This document shows positions 52,794-64,000 of a stretch of 64,000 bases of DNA, one piece after another. The notes beneath the pieces are model-generated. The model did not search any database, was not told the DNA's origin, and saw only the letters and a program-made list of their open reading frames with translations. The stretch comes from Chrysomallon squamiferum (lineage: Eukaryota; Animalia; Mollusca): NCBI GenBank assembly GCA_012295275.1, contig CM022678.1, positions 8,742,001-8,806,000 of the forward strand, given 5' to 3'. Each line of letters opens with the position of its first letter. Position 1 is the stretch's first letter. Position numbers and translations under genes: made by a program.

Positions 52794-55700
52794 ACGAATA
52801 TCGAACTTTGACCTTCCTGGGTGCTAAAAATAGCCTTGCTAAAACTAGTCGGTGTCAAGAAAAGGCGACACCGCCTTCAGATGAGCGCTTCGTAGAGCGA
52901 CACCGGTTTAGCTTTAGGGATGTTCACAAAGTTCGCTTACCCCCACCACGTTTAACGCTCTCATACAAACTACTGAATTAACACATAACAAAAACAACAT
53001 CACCGCATATTAATCTGTTTATTGTTTTTCATGTTAAATTTTACAGAAGGGATGTTGGACAAAAGCACTTTTCACTTACCCCCTTAATTAATAACCTTTT
53101 TAATTTTTTTAACGATAGCAGAGATTCATTGGTCATACAAACTGAAAAAACTGAATTAACAAACATAGAGGGGAAAATGTTAAAAACAACATCACCATTT
53201 AAAAGAGCGCATCGGGGTTTTAAAATCTGTATTTAATTTTTACATAATTGATCTTTTCATTTTAAATTTTACAAGAAGTCTTATTTATTTTGGGAGGGGT
53301 TTGAAAAAAATCCACAATCAACACAGAAATAAATATTAATGATATAACATGTCTACTGAATAAAACATTAAAAAAAAAAAAAAAAATTAAAAGATGAGAA
53401 AATAAAATTTCTGACAGTTACACATGTTTAAACAAGGAAAATAATAATACAGAGTATGATTTATATCTGTATTAAGTTTTAATGCTTTTGGATATAAAAG
53501 AAATACTGTGATACAGATCATGCATATACAGAAAACAAAAGATAAAAAATAATATATTATATAGCATTCTATTTTGTTAAATTAATTTTAGAAAAGAAAG
53601 TACATTATAATAACTTGGTTAATGTAATTAATAGTAATGTGTAATGGTAGTGAGAAAAGAAATTTGTAAATAATTATATTCCAGAAAGATAATAGCAAAT
53701 AGGGCAACAGTTTAATTCTATGTAATTCGTAATACGCCATACTTTGGATACGGTAAAATAGACCACGTGGAACTGACCTATCCCGAAATAAATTCCTATG
53801 CGCAACATGTCCTCTCAAGATAAGAAAAGTACCACAGTACTTTACTAATACCCGTAAATTAAACGTCTTGGAAATTTTATACGTTGTTAATACATTTTGA
53901 CATAACAAAATTGTATTGTGGAGTATATTGTTATTTTACCAAAGTACTTTACGCTTATATATATCATTAGAAAGAGCAAACAAATTACTACCAAAATGAC
54001 ACGAAGATCTCTGATAGCATTGATAAATTATATAAAAATGTTATATTAAATAAAACAAGAGAGTGCAGTGGAAAATTACACACCCCCCCCCGTGGATATT
54101 CATTGTAAGACAAATGAAAACACCAGGAGGGAAACACTGAAATAAAGGCAGCGAACAATTCCAGCTGCTGTGAAAGCAGTGAACGATAAATCCAGTGAAT
54201 AATTTATCGCACGTCAGTTCTTTCAAACAAATAGTTCGCAGTTTCAATAAAAGTTTAAATTTTAAAGGTATGAAACATGCTCACTTTTATTATTAAAAAA
54301 AGCATACGTGTTTGAAAACTGAGCAAAATTAAAATTCCAAATATGTAATGCAATTTATTTTAGAAATATGGTGTTTGTTTTGTATCATTCCTCATCGGAC
54401 ATATTGTTCACTAGCTCAGTTTTATACTTTCTGTTTACTATATTCTTAATCACCATTTCTAATCTTTTTATTTCCAGATATATCAGATATATTTACCTCA
54501 TTTTTGATCATTTTTGATAATGAGCAAATTTGTCTTATTTGTAGATCCCAGTGGTTCCTTTTCGAGACTGGTTATAAAAAGTAGATGGCAGCAGAAGTCT
54601 GTTAATGATAAGAATCTATTTCAAGAATCAAAGCCATTCACGTAAGTTTAAAGTTAATCCTATTTCAAATAGTGTATCATAATCTTATGTCTGGCTATTG
54701 AAAATACATTTAACAACAAAGGTCTTAACTGTTAGGGATGCTTCTATAAATGGACTGTATAAACCACTTCAGTTGTGACTAACAGACACTTAAATGCTAT
54801 AACATAAATAATTGTATATCATCTAATCCATAATAAGAGCACATTTAGAAAATGCATGGACATGTGCATCAAGAAACTTGGTTTAAGGGCATTGGTTTTT
54901 TTCCAGAGTGTGCACCTGTAAGTCGTCATTGGCAATATTGAACTTCTTTTTCCAGACAGAACTAAATGTTGTGACATAAATCTGTGTATGAGGCCTAAAC
55001 CATATTAGTACCTAGTATTAATTATCACATTGATATTTGTAATTTAGACAAAATCTTAAAAAGGATGTTGCTTAAATCTGATAAATGGTGTATTTAAATA
55101 AATTATTGAATACACTGAATAAGATATTTTATTATTATTATTATTTTTTTTTTTTAAAAAAAAAAAAAAATAATAATGAATAATAAAATGGAATTAAGTT
55201 AAATCTAGATTGACATAACTATGATTTGCACAAATGGCCTTTGAGGTTCAAGGTATTAGAAAAAAAAAGTAATACAAACATTTATTTACTTTTATTACAA
55301 AGTGTCTTGATATGGGTGACAAAATGTATAGCAAAGCCTTCATAATTGTAAATAGAAAAAAAAATAACACAATACAAATATTACATAATTTATTATATTC
55401 TCAACAAATCACAAGTGTGACAGTTCATTTAATTTGTATTTGAATTTTTCTGCTGATGATCTGAGACAAAACTGATTCTCTTCAGGAAGCAGCAAAATTT
55501 ATGAACAGCAAACACATTCTGAAACAAATGTTTGTCCCTTGATAAATAATTAATTAATTGATAAGCTTGGATTTTTCAAAAGAAATACAAATTAAACTAA
55601 AGCAAAGTGAAATGATGACTAAATAAAGTTTAGCAAAAAAAAAAAAACCCTTAGTTTTACAACTTTTTCATTTCTTATTTATTTATTTTCTTTTTTTTTT

Positions 55701-58700
55701 TTTTTCTTCTTCTTCTTCTTCTTATTATTATTATTTTTTTTTTTTTTGCATGACAATGCATGTGACAATAAATAAAATATATAAATAAATACATCAATAA
55801 ATAAATAAATAATTTTTTTTTATTTATTTTTATTATTATTATTATTATTATTATTTTTTTTTTTGGAGTTGATATGTCTACTGGTTATTACACATTTATG
55901 TTGGAATTGAAAAGGAAAAACAATAGCAAACACTTGATCATACAGTTACTGCTAATGACAACATGGTCTCATTAACCAATTGATAACTCTTTGACGTAAT
56001 GGTTCTAAAAGTTCACTGGAAATGTTTGCTAGCTTCACTTTAGTGAGGGAAACAGCTGAAAGAACAGTCGGAAACGGAACTGCAATTTTCTGGAAGTAGT
56101 GACATAGGTATGGTAGATATGTGTCATTTTTGCTTTGTACTTTCGAAGTGTGCTTCATTTCTGACATTTTGCAGCACAAACACTGAATATTTCATATAGC
56201 TTCAGTCGACTGTATTATATATCAAAATGAAACATTTTATGAGCTCTAAACCTGTACTGTAGTTTTAAACAAGTTTCTAAAACTCATGAATTTAAATTAA
56301 TTAATTAGTCAAAGTAATCAACTGAAATTTAACGTACACTAATTATGTAATTCTCTAAAATCCATAGAAATTAAACAAAAGTACAAAAACATCATACTTC
56401 AAGACTTATGAATTGCAGGGATCTTTACATACTCAAGTATTCTGCTAATTTTTTAATTTTTTTGCCGGTTAATTGGTAGCATTAATTAGTGTTAATTTGC
56501 TATATGCCTTCATTATAAAATTGTAACATTTCTTAAAAATCAAATGTGTGCATGAATTACATTTGAAAATGGATTTTTTTTACACAATGAGTAGCATCAT
56601 CATTAATCATACCATATATTCCTTGCATATTATTTGTACATTATTTATGTTTTGTGAAACTAAATTTATACAGACAGTTTCTTTTTCTTTTCTTTCTTTA
56701 TTTGGTTTTGTTATAAATGGACATTACATATTAAATAGTAACATATTTCTACATTGTATATGTAATTTTAAAAATAAGTACTCAAGTAATTTTCTCTAAC
56801 ACACACACACACACATTATAGTTGATTCATACACAATATAAAAAAATATATGATAAATTATTTCATCAACTTTATCTTATTTTCACAAAATCATTAAAAC
56901 AAAACTGAAATATACAATGTTGTTGTTTTTCTAAATTACCTTTCAACCATCAACAGCAACAAAGTTACTGAATTAAATGAAATTGCTAACCAAGAAGGAT
57001 TGAACCTACAGATTATTAAGTCTCACACTTGTTTTCAAAAGACTGAGCTGAAACTTTACAAACCACTACATGAAAGTTTGGGTTATGTCTGATAATTAAA
57101 CTTAGTATTTATAATGGACCAAATGATTTTACTTGACATAGAAGTTTAATTTACTGGTTGTTTTAGGGCTGATTTTGTTAATGTAATAAAAAAAAAGAAG
57201 AAGAAATGTGTCAGGTTCATCTGTAGTAATAAATTTTAATAAATTAGTTTTTTCCTTCAGTCTGGTTCTATTTCATGGATCATAAAAATGCTAGAGAATA
57301 AAAAAAATCATTTTTGCTCACTCAGAAGTAAAAGAAATTTAGGTTACTTCACCTTTCACAGGACAGAGTCAAAATTTGCATATCTGACTGAAACCAGAAT
57401 TAAATAGAACACATGGATTTTGTAATCTTTTCTTAATGAATGTAATATTTTGATGTTGTTTTGTGGGGTGGAATTGGACAAGTTTTTTTCATTCTCCAAT
57501 TCTGTTTGTTACATGGTTGTAGGTGTATAATAACAAATGTTTAATTTTCAGAGCCTGCGAACAATGTGCTGAGCAGTGGAATGTCATCTAACACCTCTCA
57601 GTCTGATCCTGTATGTTTCTTTTCTGTAAATATTATTTTAAAATATTACTGAAACACACACTTGTGCATGCACATGTACACTCAAATACATGCATGCAGA
57701 CATACACACATATATGTAGACACAGACACATACATACACATCCCCCTCCTCACTCTTTGTCCCCCCACACACCTTACATTTTCTTTCTTCCACTCTGTCT
57801 TTCTCTTTCTCACACATACACAAACCATAAATACAAATACATAGAGACAGACATAAAAACATAACCAAAGACAAACAGACATACACACACAAATACAGAT
57901 GTTAATTTCAGATGCAAATAATTAGCACATTTACTGGAAAAGAGTGGAGAAGTATTTACATTAAAATTCAAAACAAATTCCATCTGAAACATTGTAATGT
58001 TTCAATTTCATTAAAAGCTTATTTTATTTTTATTTTTTATTTATTATTATTATTACTGTTGTTGTTGTTGCTGTTAACATCATTCCTGCTGTTGTTGTTG
58101 TTTCAGTCTGAGGAAGCAGTTTCAGGTCAGCCTGAGCTCAGAGACACAGGACAAGAACCTAGAACTGCAGAAAGCCCAACAGATTTGCCAGGGACCAGTG
58201 CAAATGTTGTAAGAATTTTTTTAGTTTAATATTTTTTTTATTAATCTCATTTTGGGTTAATAAAACTATTGTTATGACACTGGGTTAATTAAACAATTTT
58301 GTTACAATATTGTGTTAGTAAAACAATATTTTTATAAAAAATTTCACATCTTTAATAACTGAAATGTTTACAATTTATATATTTTTTATTTTATTAAATG
58401 TTATTTATTTTTAACGTCAACCTTAAATAACAAAGACATTTGTAAAGAACAGTGTATTCATTTTGAAAAATTTCAACTTCTATTCCAGAAATATTGTTTT
58501 TATAAATGGTTTGTATTTGGTCAGCTTACCTATTTAGATACATTTATTTACAGGTTGAAGACAATTTAGACATTTCTCTCAGTGACTCTCAAACATTCAA
58601 AAATGTTGTTGAGTCTGGTATGTATTATAGAATAAATTTAAACACACACTTTTGTGTAATAGATAATATTATATATAGTATTCATCACACTATCACTATA

Positions 58701-59452
58701 AATAGTGGCAACACATTACTACTACTAAGATGATATCAGGTTTATCCAGTGTATTTGTGTGTGTGTGTACATACATACATGTACACTTATACATAAAGAC
58801 ATGTTCAGATCAACTGTTATTGTAAATTTACATCTTGTACTGTTTCTATAATTTCGGTTTCATTCTCGTATAGATGAATTTCTTTAACCATTTCATATGT
58901 GTAGACAGTTGATTTCTTAAACTATTCATACAGACACACACATACACACACTTTATTTAGTCAGATTACAGTAAATAAATTGTTTTATTTTAACTTGCTC
59001 AGAGGAAGACATTATTAGAGAGACATTCGAAGATGAAAAATCAGACAATTTAACTGCCTTTAATAAACTGTAAATTGTATTTTCTCTGTACCACTGCAAT
59101 TCATAGAGTCATATCTTTATAGATTACATCCTCAGTGTAAATAAATTTCTTTTCAGTTTAGTTTGAGGGTGGATGGAGAGAGACCAACTATTCAATAAGA
59201 ATAATCTGTTTTTAATTGTTTTTTATTTTTATAACAGAACCGGCATGTGTTGAAATACCAGCACTGGCTGATGGTGACAATACAAAGATTACATTGTCAG
59301 GAAAAAACCCTGTCTGTCTTAATGTGGGTGTGGAACCACTGGAGGTAATTTTAAGAATATCACATCTCCACTGGTGTTGTTTTTGATGATTCACAGCTAA
59401 TTTAGAAAACAAAATCATGTCCCCCACCTATGTTGTTGTTGTTGGTTGAGAG

Positions 59453-59490
<38 letters not shown>

Positions 59491-60776
59491 GGACTTAACA
59501 ACATTGTATATTTCAGTCTTGTTTTAATGGTTTTGTGAAAATAAGATAAAATTGCAGTTATTAATATATATATTTTTTATATATTTTATATTTTTATATG
59601 TTGTATATGACCTGGCTCAAATTTATGTTACTATTTGATATCTTCTGTCCATTTTAAGAAAATTGACTGAATATTTCCAGTTAAAATGTGAATTTTGTAT
59701 CTATGAATTTTTTCCTTTCATAAACAGAAAATGAAGAACTGGAGATTTTTTGAGTGTGGCCCTATAATTCATGAATTGAAAGCAATTCTATAGTCATTGA
59801 AATTCCTGGAACTAATACAGAACATGTGATGAAGATAGTGAGTTACTATAAATAAATAAAGCATTTAATTTCCACTGGTTAGTCAATCAAGAGGCATAGA
59901 AAAGTGTTTTATTTATTAAAATAGTCCTTTCATTGAATTTCCTCTTGTGTACTTTGATTTTATAGGAAATGCTTTCTTGTACTTAACCATACCACTTGGT
60001 AAAATTTGTGGAATAGAGATTTTGTTTATGATTTATTTTTTTATTCATTCCTTTATTCATTTGTTATTAATAATTTTATTCATAGACTGATATCATCCTT
60101 TATGTATCTATACTCTTCATTCATTCCTTTTTTAATATCCAGACAGTGATTTTCATTCATTAATGTCATGACTGCAGTGTAATAATTTGAATTTCAGATT
60201 TCACTTGGAGAATATAACAGAAATGAAGGTGAATGTATGTTGGATTTAAGAGGTTCCGAAGGCCTTTCCCAACTGCTTTGAATTAGAATTGACCAAAGTA
60301 ACGTCTATCTTCACATGGAAATAGTTAAACCAGGTGAGAACAAGTAAACTTTTATTTTTTATTATTTTTTTTTTTTTTTTTTTTTTTGAATTACTCTTCT
60401 GCCTGTGCTATCCAGAAACATTATAGATCAAATGTACACACAAGTACTACTATACCTGTTTCGTTTTTATCATTTTATATTCAACTGCAGATAATAAACT
60501 TAGGTATAGGTATAATTTTATTAATTGGCTAATTACAAATACATTTAATTATGGCTGCATGAAATTTTTGATGCTAGTTGAGAAAGTAAGTAATGCAACA
60601 TAAATCAGTGTAAAAAAAGAAATTCAAATCACAGTATATCATGCATGAAGATACAAAATGTCTTTAGTGTTAAATAAAATATTAGTTCTTATCAGAACTA
60701 TTTTCATACTGATTTTTGTCAAAGCACATATTTGCATATTCTTTCATTCTATTTCATTTTAGTTTTTTTTATTTTA

Positions 60777-60821
<45 letters not shown>

Positions 60822-61042
60822 ATATTCAGCAAACACACTGAAAGACATCTTGGAGAAGTATGTAATACATGCAGATTGTCACCTAATGTTTGCTCTCCAC
60901 AATTTCAAAGGTTTACTCAATACAGTCAGAAGGATGCATAAAAAGAACTGGAGTCACGGAGACCTGCATAGTTTGAAGCATTTTTAATTACTTAGCATAT
61001 TTACACAGTCCTTAGAATCCCCAAATAGATCTTATTAAGTAG

Positions 61043-62075
61043 CATCTGACAGTTATTCAGTTATGCAGATATTTCTGTTCCTGTTAACATTCTGTTGATA
61101 CAACTCCCATCTGACAGTTATTCAGTTATGCAGATATTTCTATTCCTGTTAACATTCTGTTGATACAACTCCCCATCTGACAGTTATTGAGTTATGCAGA
61201 TATTTCTGTTCCTGTTAACATTCTGTTGATACAACTCCCCATCTGACAGTTATTGAGTTATGCAGATATTTCTGTTCCTGTTAACATTCTTCTGTTGATA
61301 CAACTCCCCATCTGACAGTTATTGAGTTATGCAGATATTTCTGTTCCTGTTAACATTCTGTTGATACAACTCCCCATCTGACAGTTATTGAGTTATGCAG
61401 ATATTTCTGTTCCTGTTAACATTCTGTTGATACAACTCCCCATCTGACAGTTATTGAGTTATGCAGATATTTCTGTTCCTGTTAACATTCTGTTGATACA
61501 ACTCCCCATCTGACAGTTATTGAGTTATGCAGATATTTCTGTTCCTGTTAACATTCTGTTGATACAACTCCCCATCTGACAGTTAGTTTGCAGATATTCC
61601 AGATATTTCCCATCTGACAGTTATTGAGTTATGCAGATATTTCTGTTCCTGTTAACATTCTGTTGATACAACTCCCATCTGACAGTTATTGAGTTATGCA
61701 GATATTTCTGTTCCTGTTAACATTCTGTTGATACAACTCCCCATCTGACAGTTATTGAGTTATGCAGATATTTCTGTTCCTGTTAACAACATTCTGTTGA
61801 TACAACTCCCATCTGACAGTTATTGAGTTATGCAGATATTTCTGTTCCTGTTAACATTCTGTTGATACAACTCCCCATCTGACAGTTATTGAGTTATGCA
61901 GATATTTCTGTTCCTGTTAACATTCTGTTGATACAACTCCCCATCTGACAGTTATTGAGTTATGCAGATATTTCTGTTCCTGTTAACATTCTGTTGATAC
62001 AACTCCCCATCTGACAGTTATTGAGTTATGCAGATATTTCTGTTCCTGTTAACATTCTGTTGATACAACTCCCAT
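61043..62075. repeat. 66-bp intronic minisatellite, about 15 copies
   Basis: Unit catctgacagttattgagttatgcagatatttctgttcctgttaacattctgttgatacaactccc (e.g. 61174, 61240). Stops occur in all six frames. Confidence 0.97.
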
Positions 62076-62245
62076 GTCCCTAGATTGTGTGGCTGTAAAA
62101 ATGTGTCTAATTAAAACCACTGAAAATTCAGACTAAACTTAACTATATGAATAGAGATTAGAGAAACTTTTTAGAAAAAGATCAATGTATGTAAATAAAA
62201 TTTTATTTTTATTATAATCGTTTTTACTGAAGCATTTTTAAGTGA

Positions 62246-62279
<34 letters not shown>

Positions 62280-62529
62280 ATTACAAAGAAAATTTTCAGT
62301 GGCAACTCAAAAGTGAGTAATGCAATTTAATCCCCGATTTGATTCATAAGATCTCATTTTCAGCATCAAGCACTGTCAGTTTTATAAAACAGATAATCTA
62401 TTTCGTAAATGTGATTTTATCTTTAGATTTAAAAATAAAGTTGATTGAACTAATTGTTTCAACCATATCAGTGAAAAGATTAAAAAATAGAAAATGTTTC
62501 ATAAAAGAAATAAGAACAGCAGACTGAAC

Positions 62530-62607
62530 ATGATCTTTTTGTATTTGTCATCTTTTTGTATTTGTCATCTTTTTGTGTTTGTCATCTTTTTGTGTTTGTC
62601 ATCTTTT
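62530..62607. repeat. 17-bp tandem repeat, about 4 copies
   Basis: tcatctttttgtatttg repeated. Confidence 0.85.
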
Positions 62608-64000
62608 TAACAGTTGTGTGGTAAAAGTTCTGAAATAAAATGACTCAATATTAAATTTAAAAAATAACAATAAAAATAAAATAAGTACAAGAAAGCTGTT
62701 TTATCCATTTCTATTTATTTATTTATTTATTTATATTCCAGGTGGCAATGTAATGATCCATAAACAGTCTCTAACAGTCATAGATTTTGGTAAAGCACTT
62801 AAAATTACAAATGCAGACCATTCAGCTGCTAAAGACGACATTGTTTGGATTGTCGCACTAGTTTGCAGTCTCTACACTGGAAAACCGGTTGCTTTTGCTC
62901 AGCTGAAATCTGATTATGAAACAACGCTTGCAAAGGTAAAAATAGAAATAATATTCAACTTGTGCACACTTATTGTTGTTGTTATCTATATTATTATCGA
63001 TATTTTTATTCCTTTGTTATTGTTAATATCTGTATCATCATTACTAATATTATTATTGTTATTATATCATCATTATTATTATTTTGAATACATTCAAAAT
63101 TATTACAGTAAGTATTATTGGTAAGTATTATTATTTTTGTTTTAGTTCATGTTATTAATAAATATGTGTTGTTTTAATGGGGTTTTTTCTTATTATTAAA
63201 ATGACTTATTTTACATCTAATTTGATTAATTTTATTTTATTTATTATTTATTTACGTTTATTTATTTATTTATTTGCAAGCTCTGTGAAAAATTAAAGTT
63301 GAGTTTGTTATTGTTAATATCCAGTATCATTATTACTCATTTTTAATGTTGCTGTTATTATTATCCTTATTATTTTGAATATATTCAAAATTATTGTCTA
63401 AACTGTATTTTTGATGATAAAAAAATTAAAAACAATCATCAGTAATTATTATTACCTTCTTTGTTGATGACACTCTTATTGTTGTTGCTGTTATTAATAA
63501 TATTGCTGTTGTTTCTCATTTTTACAACCATTATTTTTTCTTTTGTTACTCATCATACTAAAGCAATATACAATCTGTATTTAATATATGTTCAAACTTC
63601 CACTTTACAGTTTAATGGTTTCTTCAGTGTTGTTGAAGAAATTGTTCTTACATTGTTGTATCTACATATGTATGATAAATTGATCGGATAATACTGTAAC
63701 AGCCAAAAAATTGAAATAAGAATAGTGTATTGTAGTAAATGGAGTGTGTTATCTATGATACATTATGAGTTGTCTTAAAAATGTACGTATTGGAACAAAG
63801 AAAGTTTAATTTCAGTTGGTTATATTATATTCAGGTTTAGAGCAGAATCCTCATCATCTGCAAGAAATGTCTCCAAGTGGAGCTACAGAAAAGAGGTGAT
63901 GTGTGAAATCGGAGTTGTTGTTTGTTTTCTTTTTGTTTTGTTGCAGTTGTTGTTGCTGTTTATTAATAATATTGCTTTTGTTTCTCATTATTACAGTTAT

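Larger units (their letters stand above)
54545..63895 (+). pseudogene. Multi-exon divergent protein kinase, disabled; may continue beyond the window
   Basis: Phase-compatible exons: 57552-57610, 58107-58208, 58554-58617, 59238-59344, 59728-59837 (HVMKI; 110 nt, frameshift), 60198-60333 (E helix, VYLHME; TGA at 60279), 60830-60970 (MHKKNWSHGDLH), 62742-62935 (SGNVMI...IDFGKA) and ~63835-63895 (IICKKCLQVELQKR). The 5' exons 54545-54641 and 54907-54917 are less certain. Confidence 0.85.

Noticed and set aside
60279-60281. Selenocysteine or readthrough TGA in the kinase
   Set aside because: The same gene also has a frameshift, the position looks like a mutated Gly codon, and there is no SECIS evidence.
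61043-62075. CRISPR array or coding repeat
   Set aside because: No spacers, stops in all six frames, and it lies in the intron between the HGDLH and DFG exons.

Overview
This is AT-rich, microsatellite-rich animal DNA with spliceosomal GT-AG introns and two 200-N scaffold gaps. An invertebrate, possibly a mollusc, is inferred but not proven. All family assignments come from motifs recognised by eye, without database searches. Only one long ORF is intact: a hAT-like DDE transposase (probable ATG 48406, stop 51264, about 952 aa). It lies between short TIRs (TAGGTATGTG, 47719 and 51933) and ends in a Spindlin (Spin/Ssty)-like Tudor module. Nearly everything else is a patchwork of duplicated, disabled host-gene fragments that keep their splice sites. 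These include CAMSAP/Patronin exons (3 copies), a cbEGF exon module (3 copies with different neighbours), one IRAG/LRMP exon, possible Tudor/CS exons, an nSTAND3-type NTPase pseudogene and a multi-exon non-RD kinase pseudogene. Many of these fragments hang off a three-copy bidirectional promoter-like cassette. A relic at 3607-3990 starts exactly at the transposon TIR and runs straight into a paralog of the kinase 5' exon. This suggests the transposon has moved flanking host DNA as cargo or by alternative transposition.
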